Positions 1 through 7,094 are shown, counted from the first letter of the stretch. The stretch is DNA of 30,303 bases from a virus (IMGVR_UViG_3300047090_000179:1-30303), one strand, 5' to 3'. Numbers and translations are program-made. Notes: generated by a model not told the origin, from the letters alone.

Positions 1-1363
1 CAAAGTACCTAATACAATCGTAGGCATGGTCTGCTACGCTGTCTTCGCGTTCGTCACAGAAAATCTGTTTACCGTCTATATAGCCGAGGGATTTCCGCCG
101 CTGGCTCTGCAACTCTTTTATCGCATGAAAACAGCCTTGTTCATATTCCGGCGACTTTTTGATAAAGTAGATCCCCGGATTAGGTGAGCTTCCAGTAGAC
201 GGAGATTTGAATTTATTATTCGATCTAAGGAGTTCGTTAATACGATTACGGGTTGCAAATTCGTTGTTGTCAGCGGGAATCCAGAAGAGGGGCGGACTTG
301 TGATACTTTTGTCGCTATACTCGTTCGAGACAGTCCAGAATCCCCCGTCTTTTTGTGCGGTCTTTTTGAAGATTTGTGGGTCCGCGTAATTTGCCGTGTA
401 GATTTCATTTTCACTTAATTCTTTAATGTTGCGTCTGTGAGTACTGACAACTTGGTTGGGCATGTAGTATTCTCTGTAGCACACGTACACACCTTCATAG
501 GCTGCCCACCAGAGACAACAAGTTGGGGAAGCGTCGCCGTGGTCAAGAACTCGGAAGAGATTTCCTTTCCGCTTAATTCGATCCAATAGTTCTTTGTCGT
601 ATTCCAGTAAGCTGCCACTCGGTACCTTATGTATCTGAGCATTTGAAATTCCCCATTGACCTTTAACAAACTTGTTTACCCACTCTTCGTCATGAAGTAG
701 TGCTTCTTGGTAAGTTTCCGCACTACTTAAGCTCGCATCCCACTCGCCCTCAACGTAGAAGTAATTAGAACGCTTCTCAAGAGAATCGGGGTGAAATTTT
801 CGAAAGACAAAGTGAAATTGGGTATCTGGATTACAGAGGAGCATATTGTAGGAAGGTGCAATAAATTTTCCGGTCTTAGGATTAGTTGGCCAGTCTGGGA
901 ATCTATCAAGCATAGATTTTGGTATTTCAGCATCATCCCACCTCCCTATACGAGCATCAAGTACATCGTAAACTTTTTCGTCTACCTCCTCCGCTTGGTC
1001 CGTGAGAGAACTGTTAATCTCCAAACCTCGAAGTGTGCTCTCGTCTACTTTGTCAAGATGTAGCCAGTAGATTGTACTTCCATTCTTAAATACCGTTAGA
1101 CCGTCTTGTTCATTGTGCCGCTCGACGATTTCGCGGGGGCAGATTTTAAAGAAAGTCTGCATTGTCGTCTTTTTGAGATCGGCAAAAGTCTGGCGGGCTA
1201 TGGCCATACGGTAGTTGGCAAAAGTAGTAAGAAGAGTAAAAGCTTTCAAACAGCCAGAATAGGTCTTTCCATTATTCAGGGCGCCGGAGAAGCACTGGTT
1301 ACGAGCTACTGCGTAGTAAAAGGCTCGCTGAGCGGGATTCGCAAATGTGATTTGGAGGTTCAC
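1..1363 (-). CDS. terL: Terminase large subunit (3' end runs off the window)
   Basis: Manual translation from GTG at 1363 is open for 454 codons: MNLQITFANPAQRAF..., Walker A GALNNGKT, LRGLE, Walker B-like SLTDQAEE, coupling motif CNP, RNase H-like nuclease motifs VLDHGDASPT, YADP and DHAYDCIRYF. GTGA overlap with the upstream gene. Confidence 0.95.
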   Translation of the reverse strand, partial: MNLQITFANPAQRAFYYAVARNQCFSGALNNGKTYSGCLKAFTLLTTFANYRMAIARQTFADLKKTTMQTFFKICPREIVERHNEQDGLTVFKNGSTIYWLHLDKVDESTLRGLEINSSLTDQAEEVDEKVYDVLDARIGRWDDAEIPKSMLDRFPDWPTNPKTGKFIAPSYNMLLCNPDTQFHFVFRKFHPDSLEKRSNYFYVEGEWDASLSSAETYQEALLHDEEWVNKFVKGQWGISNAQIHKVPSGSLLEYDKELLDRIKRKGNLFRVLDHGDASPTCCLWWAAYEGVYVCYREYYMPNQVVSTHRRNIKELSENEIYTANYADPQIFKKTAQKDGGFWTVSNEYSDKSITSPPLFWIPADNNEFATRNRINELLRSNNKFKSPSTGSSPNPGIYFIKKSPEYEQGCFHAIKELQSQRRKSLGYIDGKQIFCDEREDSVADHAYDCIRYF

Positions 1364-1572
1364 GCTTTTATACGAGAGCTTACACCGAATCGGTCACCAA
1401 GTTCTTTTGCTTCTTCCCGTGTCATTCTAGTACCAAGTCTCATGGCACCGGCGGAGCCACTCATATCGTAACAGTTAAACGTACCATTGTTGTCTTGTAC
1501 AACTTGGACAGAAAGCTGCCCTTCTTCGTTGTAACCGTTACTAAAAAGTGGCCCGTCTTCCCACCGAAGCAT
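1360..1572 (-). CDS. Hypothetical protein, 70 aa
   Basis: Tightly packed in the operon; its stop overlaps the terL start. Confidence 0.75.
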   Translation of the reverse strand: MLRWEDGPLFSNGYNEEGQLSVQVVQDNNGTFNCYDMSGSAGAMRLGTRMTREEAKELGDRFGVSSRIKA

Positions 1573-1576
1573 ACGT

Positions 1577-2095
1577 CTAGCCCAACTTTACAAAGTAAGA
1601 GGTTGCCGCACTATTGAAGGGGCACTTAAACTCCCACTTAATTGCGTCTGCTGTTCCCTCTGGCACTTGATGTCCCGTATAATCGGTAAACACCATAGTC
1701 CCATTATAAGTAAAAGGGTTGCCGTTGACACTTGCATTGTCAGCAAGCCCAAACTTACCTTCTTCAAATTCATCGTCTACACGAACTAGCCAAGGAATGC
1801 TAGGTTCGGTATTTTTGGGATAGTCGGCGGGATCTCGGCTTACCTTTATCTTCGAAGTGCCATTTCCTTCTGGAGTCCAATTGGTAACTTCGGTTTCTCC
1901 CGCTTCCATGTACTTCTTCATAGCGAGGTCTGGATGCCAACCTTCAAATTCGATTTCTTTGGTTAGCAACTCGCCTGCGTGAGCAAGATCGCCACAAAGT
2001 TGGTCCCTGCCGCTCGTAGCACCTGTCTTTAGAGCATAAAGTCTACGAACAGAGGCGGGTTTAGAAGCAACGTAAGTCTGAAAATCAAGAGACAT
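1577..2095 (-). CDS. Hypothetical protein, 172 aa
   Basis: ATG start with AAGGA upstream; contiguous with neighbours. Confidence 0.85.
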   Translation of the reverse strand: MSLDFQTYVASKPASVRRLYALKTGATSGRDQLCGDLAHAGELLTKEIEFEGWHPDLAMKKYMEAGETEVTNWTPEGNGTSKIKVSRDPADYPKNTEPSIPWLVRVDDEFEEGKFGLADNASVNGNPFTYNGTMVFTDYTGHQVPEGTADAIKWEFKCPFNSAATSYFVKLG

Positions 2096-2096
2096 A

Positions 2097-2459
2097 TTAT
2101 CCTTTTACCTTATTTAGACGTGGATTCGATTTGTGAGCAGCCGCCGAAGCATGACGTGTGCGACTTGCTAAAATGGCACCCGCTATTTTATGAGAGTAGC
2201 CTTCACTTGCGATCTTATTTTGTACAGATTTGAAACCAGGGTGCTTTGTCATCATGTCACGGTGTTTTTTAGCCCAAGGACCGTAATTGACAAGAGCAGC
2301 GCCACGAGGGGAGGCTTTTTCCGATCGCTGAGCCCCTTTTTCTTCAAACTCGTCTTCCTTATCAACATTCTTTGCAGTCTTCTCGTTTCCTTTGGCTCCC
2401 TTAATCATTTTAAAGTGAGCATTTACAAGAGCGGAGGAAACTTTATCTCGTAGACTCAT
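2097..2459 (-). CDS. Small basic phage protein, 120 aa
   Basis: Lys/His-rich; C-terminal HPGFKSVQNKIA...AGAILASRTR...NPRLNKVKG resembles small proteins I recall near phage terminase genes; ATGA overlap. Confidence 0.8.
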   Translation of the reverse strand: MSLRDKVSSALVNAHFKMIKGAKGNEKTAKNVDKEDEFEEKGAQRSEKASPRGAALVNYGPWAKKHRDMMTKHPGFKSVQNKIASEGYSHKIAGAILASRTRHASAAAHKSNPRLNKVKG

Positions 2460-2740
2460 AAAACCCTCGCGGTTTGATTTTCTTCTGGTTCATTTCTACC
2501 CGAAATAGCCGGCTCTTCAAAAATGGTCCGAAGGTGGCTAAACAACTGGGACTTAGTTTTGAAAAGAAACTCTTTTGGAGAATGGTAATGACCGTCGCCG
2601 CTACTTTTATGGTGATGAGAAACAATAAAACCGTTTTCAGCGTGTTTAATTCTTGTTTCTTCGATCTCTTCTGGCTCCTTACTCTTGATTTTCGTATAAG
2701 AGTGAAGAAGAGCACGAGAAACTTTTTCGTTTAAGGCCAT
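2456..2740 (-). CDS. Hypothetical protein, 94 aa
   Basis: TAATG and ATGA overlaps with both neighbours; HAENGFIVSHHH motif. Confidence 0.8.
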   Translation of the reverse strand: MALNEKVSRALLHSYTKIKSKEPEEIEETRIKHAENGFIVSHHHKSSGDGHYHSPKEFLFKTKSQLFSHLRTIFEEPAISGRNEPEENQTARVL

Positions 2741-3267
2741 TACTTTGCTCCAGGAGCGGAAAGTTGGTTGTAAATTGCGCCTATACGCGGATTGATGGCG
2801 AAAAGCTTTTGTTTGAGAGCTGCTATATACTCGTCACGCCAGTCTTGAGGAACGCCAGACTCTTGCTGATTGTAGGCTCCCATATAAGCAGGAACCTCCG
2901 CTGAAGGTCTTCCTACCATTGCACGCCCGCGCTGAGAAAGCGCTCTTGCTATTTCCTGAAAGTTGGGTGTTTCTGCAGCAGCCTGAGAAAATTGGCCACG
3001 GTTTGCAGAATTTAGAAGCGCACTGTGAATAGCTTCATGTCTAATAGTGCGAGAAAGTTGACCCGGTTCTTGATTTAGAGTGGGATCTATCTGGATACTA
3101 CCAGTTTCTGGTCCTGTTAGATGTGCTAAAGCTAGTATATGACCAAAAAGTGACGCGGGGTTTTCATACTGACCTTCTCCGCCGGTATCTACAGGCGTTT
3201 TGAAAGTAATAGGCGTGCGAGTTCGTCGCTCTTGAGCAGGACCGTAAGTGGTACTTTCGTCAGACAC
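2740..3267 (-). CDS. Putative zincin-like (HExxH) metallopeptidase-fold protein
   Basis: RTIRHEAIHSAL preceded by a beta-strand (SIQID) and followed by a candidate third ligand Glu (SAEVPAY). Confidence 0.6.
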   Translation of the reverse strand: MSDESTTYGPAQERRTRTPITFKTPVDTGGEGQYENPASLFGHILALAHLTGPETGSIQIDPTLNQEPGQLSRTIRHEAIHSALLNSANRGQFSQAAAETPNFQEIARALSQRGRAMVGRPSAEVPAYMGAYNQQESGVPQDWRDEYIAALKQKLFAINPRIGAIYNQLSAPGAK

Positions 3268-3270
3268 AGT

Positions 3271-3495
3271 TTAGTTTAACTTCGTTAAAAACTTTGGGGA
3301 AATTCCGCGAGTAGAAGTTTCAAAGGCCCCACCAAAAGAATAACCAACAGCATAGGGCATCTCATCTTCTTTTAGTTTGAATCCTTCCGTATCTAATTGG
3401 ACACCACAATTTGAACAGAAGTTATCATCTTTTTTAACTTCTTTGTAGCATCCAGTATTTTGACAGTAGAATTTCACTGCAATATTTTTGAACAT
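3271..3495 (-). CDS. Zinc-ribbon protein, 74 aa
   Basis: CQNTGC...FCSNCG; GAGG RBS. Confidence 0.75.
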   Translation of the reverse strand: MFKNIAVKFYCQNTGCYKEVKKDDNFCSNCGVQLDTEGFKLKEDEMPYAVGYSFGGAFETSTRGISPKFLTKLN

Positions 3496-3500
3496 AAAAG

Positions 3501-3674
3501 TTACCTCATTACCGCAGGCAAAAACTGTTTAATTGCTTTAAGTGTAGGAATAGCTTTTGGGTAAGGGCGAGAAAGAAGAATATGTTTGGCAATGGCATTA
3601 GAGAGTGTTTGCGAAGACCCGCTGCTGGATTTTGGCAGTTGCGTTTTTAGGAGCGGAGGGATCTTAAAGGTCAA
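3501..3674 (-). CDS. Small basic hypothetical protein, 57 aa (not in ORF track)
   Basis: TTG start overlapping the upstream TGA, GAGAGGA RBS; MTFKIPPLLKTQLPK...PAVMR. Confidence 0.6.
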   Translation of the reverse strand: MTFKIPPLLKTQLPKSSSGSSQTLSNAIAKHILLSRPYPKAIPTLKAIKQFLPAVMR

Positions 3675-3850
3675 CGCTCGTGTCCTCTCACAGAAATCTT
3701 ATAAGCCAACTTCTTTCTCGGTGTACTTGCAAATTCGTGTAACTGCTGGTGGCTCATTTTGAGCAAACCCTTGTTCTTCTTGTAGAGCTTTCCGGGGTTG
3801 TGTTCCGCTATTGCCATTGCCATTTGTTGCGCGCGAGAGACAGAAGGCAT
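3671..3850 (-). CDS. DUF3008-like small protein, 59 aa (not in ORF track)
   Basis: MPSVSRAQQMAMAIAEHNPGKLYKKNKGLLKMSHQQLHEFASTPRKKL matches the MPxxSxAQQ...MSxxxLxEFAST pattern. Confidence 0.75.
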   Translation of the reverse strand: MPSVSRAQQMAMAIAEHNPGKLYKKNKGLLKMSHQQLHEFASTPRKKLAYKISVRGHER

Positions 3851-3961
3851 TTAACTTCTCTGTGCTCCACATTTTGTACATTGCCAATAAGTATGCCCAG
3901 GACCATAACCTGTCATACGAACCCAATTATGATTACACTCCCAATTATAATAACGTAGCAT
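3851..3961 (-). CDS. Tiny Zn-finger protein, 36 aa
   Basis: ATG in a TGATG overlap; MLRYYNWECNHNW...WQCTKCGAQRS (CxH...CxxC). Confidence 0.6.
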   Translation of the reverse strand: MLRYYNWECNHNWVRMTGYGPGHTYWQCTKCGAQRS

Positions 3962-4242
3962 CAGTACTCGCTTCTGTTCGTAAGCACATTCTCCGCTTTG
4001 TCCAAGTTCGTCATACTCGGCTTCACACGCACAAAGCGATAGCCCATTGTTTCGCAATGGTGCTTTGCCCTTTCCACTACAAGCTTCATGTCGGAAGAGG
4101 GAAAAGTAAAACGGAGAAACTCAGAGCTTGTCTGTTGGCCGTGACGGTAGTAGAGAGTATATTCTATTAGCTCGCCCTGTTGTAAAGCTGGTATTTGTCC
4201 AAGTGCTTTACTTGCTTCTTTTGCTGTTGGTGCTGGTGTCAT
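3961..4242 (-). CDS. Hypothetical protein, 93 aa
   Basis: ATGA overlap with the terS-like gene. Confidence 0.8.
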   Translation of the reverse strand: MTPAPTAKEASKALGQIPALQQGELIEYTLYYRHGQQTSSEFLRFTFPSSDMKLVVERAKHHCETMGYRFVRVKPSMTNLDKAENVLTNRSEY

Positions 4243-4559
4243 CTTGGTATAAGTATAGGATTGATCCCAATATGTTCTGCGTCGTTAATAATGATCGTTA
4301 CAGAAAAGGCTTCGCCTGCCGATTTGTCATTTCGTAGCAAGCCGTTTAGCTCTAAAGCCGTCTTCGCGGCACCTAGCCGCACAGCGCCACTATCTCCCAT
4401 TTGCATGAGGTTTGACACTTGTTCCAAAACTTCAAGCGGCGTCAGACCGGAACTCTCTAATAGCCGACTTAGCCTGCTTACGCTTTGTGGCTCTTCGAGT
4501 TCTTGTAGCTGCTCTTTTGCTAGAACTTTGTGTATTTGGCTTGGCGATAACATTGGCAT
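4239..4559 (-). CDS. terS: Putative terminase small subunit
   Basis: Helical protein with DSGAVRLGAAKTALELNGL oligomerisation-like motif and C-terminal beta-strand (FSVTIIIND); first gene of the operon leading to terL. Confidence 0.6.
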   Translation of the reverse strand: MPMLSPSQIHKVLAKEQLQELEEPQSVSRLSRLLESSGLTPLEVLEQVSNLMQMGDSGAVRLGAAKTALELNGLLRNDKSAGEAFSVTIIINDAEHIGINPILIPR

Positions 4560-4689
4560 GAGAATTACCGTTTACTTTAAGTGGACTATCCCGCAATCTC
4601 TGTAAGGCGTATTCGCGTGTTTGTGTCATTTTTCACTTTGTGGCTAGTCGCGTGGCGAAGTTGAGGCTACCACACCTCCGAGGCTGCTG

Positions 4690-4920
4690 TCAACTGTTTT
4701 TCTCCATTAGTTCGTTTAACTTAGCGGCGTAGGACTCGTCCTTATAGTACCTCAAAATTAGCCCCACCCTGCTCTGCACTTCTACCTTTTTAAAAATTCG
4801 TGTTTGTATAGTATCCACAGTTTGTTTTACTAGATACATGTCGTTTGCTATTTCTTTCATTGTTTTATCTGTGAGTAATAGCATACAAAGTTTCCGCTCT
4901 TGGGGAGAAAGCTTTTCCAT
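4690..4920 (-). CDS. Stand-alone LuxR/GerE-type HTH regulator
   Basis: LSPQERKL...KTMKEIANDMYLVKQTVDTIQTRIFKKVEVQSRVGL follows the LuxR C-terminal consensus. Confidence 0.85.
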   Translation of the reverse strand: MEKLSPQERKLCMLLLTDKTMKEIANDMYLVKQTVDTIQTRIFKKVEVQSRVGLILRYYKDESYAAKLNELMEKNS

Positions 4921-4982
4921 TTTTTATTTTTTCTAAGTTTTTGTTGATAGTTCGTGGATGTATTAACTCTAGGGCGCGCCTT

Positions 4983-5050
4983 TAACGCCTCTTAGTACTC
5001 TCGTAAGGGGCGTACCGGTACCCTGACGGAAAGTACTAAGAAGAGTGTTA
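4983..5050. repeat. Long imperfect palindrome
   Basis: TCTTAGTACT 4990-4999 / AGTACTAAGA 5032-5041 around the perfect palindrome GTACCGGTAC 5012-5021. Confidence 0.85.
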
Positions 5051-5151
5051 GTGGGACAATCGCTCGCGACGTGCGCGCCAACCGCGAGGGTAGCGAGGAA
5101 AGAGAGACAGAACGATTCGCGAGGAACCAAAGCGAGTGTAAGTGGTGAAGG

Positions 5152-5364
5152 TCACGATATCACCTTAACCACTACACCATTGGCCACGCGAACACGCGCG
5201 TACCATTTGTGCGGCTGAGGATAATGCGGACCTTCGATGGTATCTTCGCCGTCGCGATTTGTAGGAAACATACCAGAAGGATTGTAGGTAGTAAGCTGAT
5301 CGCCACGCAATACAGCTTCCTTCAATTCCTTCTTACTCTTAAAGTTTGGATCAACGTAACTCAT
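5152..5364 (-). CDS. Small phage protein, 70 aa (EGPHYP motif)
   Basis: GGAGG RBS and own promoter; NFKSKKELKEAV...EGPHYPQPHKWYA. Confidence 0.85.
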   Translation of the reverse strand: MSYVDPNFKSKKELKEAVLRGDQLTTYNPSGMFPTNRDGEDTIEGPHYPQPHKWYARVRVANGVVVKVIS

Positions 5365-5383
5365 TTAGTGAACCTCCACTAAC

Positions 5384-5412
5384 AGAGTAAGCGAAAGCCG
5401 AGCGGAAAGCAA
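5384..5412 (-). promoter_or_regulatory. Sigma70-type promoter
   Basis: TTGCTT-17 bp-TACTCT directly upstream of the GGAGG RBS. Confidence 0.65.
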
Positions 5413-5446
5413 GGAGAAAAGTTACTTACCACTACTTAGTACTCTC

Positions 5447-5582
5447 AAAGCAGAGCAAGCGCACGTTTTGAAGTAGGTTAGCGTTACTTCCCTAGTATCT
5501 CAGTGTCTTACGCTTTTATTGTCTTGCTCTGCTTTCAAAGGTGAGAGTGCCCGCGTATGAAATGAATTGCAAGCACTCTCAC
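5447..5582 (-). other. Two adjacent long stem-loops (terminator, processing site or ncRNA)
   Basis: AAAGCAGAGCAAG 5447-5459 / CTTGCTCTGCTTT 5523-5535; GTGAGAGTGC 5541-5550 / GCACTCTCAC 5573-5582. Confidence 0.6.
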
Positions 5583-5590
5583 AAAGTGTG

Positions 5591-6025
5591 TTACACCGCC
5601 GAGCTAGCCTTCAGATTCTCAATGAATCCGGGCATTGCCAAAATACCGTCTTGTGCGGCATCCTTAAGAGCGCGTTTCTTGTCCTTTGCAAGATCCTTCG
5701 TATAGCCATTCATCTTGGCCATGTTCAGGACCATACCGGCGAGAAACTTGCTTTGAGTTTCGGAAAGAGTGGTACCAGTGAAATCGGTGAAAGTACCATC
5801 CTCGTTTTCGACCTGCCACGGTACCTTAGGATCGTTAGCAAGCTGTTCGATCGCGTAAGCCTTCAAACCGTCGTTAACAATTTGAAGAAAAAGAGTAGCG
5901 TCGTTGCCTACTCGCGCGAGCGCTTCAGCCGTGGTACTGACTGGCTCATTAGTACCCTTCTTAATGAGTACCACGTCGTCCTTACTGTCCACGTCGAAAA
6001 CCTTTTTCTGAGTCGTGATGTCCAT
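5591..6025 (-). CDS. Hypothetical early protein, 144 aa (start revised to ATG 6025)
   Basis: GGGGGTGA RBS before MDITTQKK; strong promoter upstream; GC3-rich codons. Confidence 0.85.
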   Translation of the reverse strand: MDITTQKKVFDVDSKDDVVLIKKGTNEPVSTTAEALARVGNDATLFLQIVNDGLKAYAIEQLANDPKVPWQVENEDGTFTDFTGTTLSETQSKFLAGMVLNMAKMNGYTKDLAKDKKRALKDAAQDGILAMPGFIENLKASSAV

Positions 6026-6072
6026 GTGTGTGTCACCCCCTTTCGGGACCGTCTTGTTTCGCTTCATGGTTT

Positions 6073-6101
6073 ATGATAGCCCAGGTGAGCGGCCATGTCA
6101 A
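6073..6101 (-). promoter_or_regulatory. Near-consensus sigma70 promoter
   Basis: TTGACA-17 bp-TATCAT with a T-rich UP-like tract upstream. Confidence 0.85.
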
Positions 6102-6297
6102 GAGAAAAGTAAAAATAAAAAGTAGTACTACCAGTTTTACTCTTTTTAGGCGAAGAGAGGGCGAAGTTAAAGGTTTGTAAGGGGGTTTGCGGAGGGGTTT
6201 TGACATGGCCAAGACACGGTTTAGACACCGTGGCAGGATGATTTAGACAGGCTCTGCGAGGTCGCAAGGGCTGCGCCTTCAGTCACATACCCCCAGC

Positions 6298-6525
6298 TTC
6301 GCCGTCTCTTCTAACCGTGTCAAAGAGCCTACTAAGTGGCAGCCATTTGCCTAGGCTTTGTAAGCTGTTGATTCTATTATATATATTATTTATCATATAT
6401 ATTATTACAAGGTAAAACAAAAACTGCAAAACCAAAATAACTTCTTTAGAATCAAGAGCCAGCTAGGCATCGCCGTATTACTGCCACATAGTGGGTTACC
6501 TGGCACTAGGAGAAGACAAGGCGAA
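6298..6525. other. Putative replication origin: symmetric inverted arms around an AT-rich core
   Basis: Four inverted motif pairs share the centre 6411/6412; the core has ATATATATTATT twice; it lies at the strand switch. Confidence 0.6.
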
Positions 6526-6564
6526 ACCCACCCTAAGCCCAACAAAACAAGGCAAATAGACTTC

Positions 6565-6593
6565 TTGACACTATGTCAACTTCATGCTAGACT
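6565..6593 (+). promoter_or_regulatory. Rightward sigma70 promoter with overlapping palindromic operator
   Basis: TTGACA-17 bp-TAGACT with extended -10 TG; TTGACA-CTA-TGTCAA palindrome at 6565-6579. Confidence 0.8.
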
Positions 6594-6659
6594 CATGATG
6601 GAACCGGGCCTAGAGCATGTCAGGACCACTCCGAGCAACCTCTAGGCGGTCAAACGGCC

Positions 6660-6857
6660 ATGGAAAAAAGAGAACAAAGAGCAGAAGTACCAAAAAGAAG
6701 AAACAAAACAAGTATTGAGAGAGGCAGGAAATACGCTCTTCTACTAAATGGTAAACAAAGCGGACAAGATTTTCGAGACCTCGCTGCGATTTTCGGTGTT
6801 GACGCCCGTCAGATTGCGAGGGACCTGCAAAATTACAAACTGAGTGAAAGAGTCTAA
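6660..6857 (+). CDS. HTH DNA-binding protein, 65 aa
   Basis: FRDLAAIFGVDARQIARDLQ is a DeoR/HTH_11-like helix-turn-helix. Confidence 0.75.
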   Translation: MEKREQRAEVPKRRNKTSIERGRKYALLLNGKQSGQDFRDLAAIFGVDARQIARDLQNYKLSERV

Positions 6858-7094
6858 ATGCCACAAATAAACAATCCACGTGTCGCTAGACCACCACGTT
6901 ACGACAGAGCACCGAAAGAGGCAGAAGGGGACAATCCAACTATAAAGCGCTCTTTTGATGCTGGTCTTGCGAAGCGATGCTACTATATGAAGACAGACAG
7001 TTTTAGCCTAAATGCAATAGCGCGAATACTTGATATATCACATAAGAGAGTAGCAAATCTAATTAGGTTAGCTAAAGAGAGAGGCTTAGTATGA
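6858..7094 (+). CDS. HTH DNA-binding protein (SorC-like N-terminal HTH), 78 aa
   Basis: YY...SLNAIARILDISHKRVANLIRLAKERGLV. Confidence 0.8.
   Translation: MPQINNPRVARPPRYDRAPKEAEGDNPTIKRSFDAGLAKRCYYMKTDSFSLNAIARILDISHKRVANLIRLAKERGLV

Noticed and set aside
118-1471. Track ORFs 118..414, 207..389, 415..669, 727..936, 791..1063 and 1106..1471
   Set aside because: They are shadows of the terL frame (<1..1363), which carries all terminase motifs
3699-4170. Track ORFs 3699..3926, 3749..3958 and 3811..4170
   Set aside because: Better explained by the short coupled ORFs 3671..3850 and 3851..3961 and by 3961..4242
6064-6267. 67-aa minus-strand ORF
   Set aside because: Runs through promoter elements, has no RBS and has a non-protein-like composition
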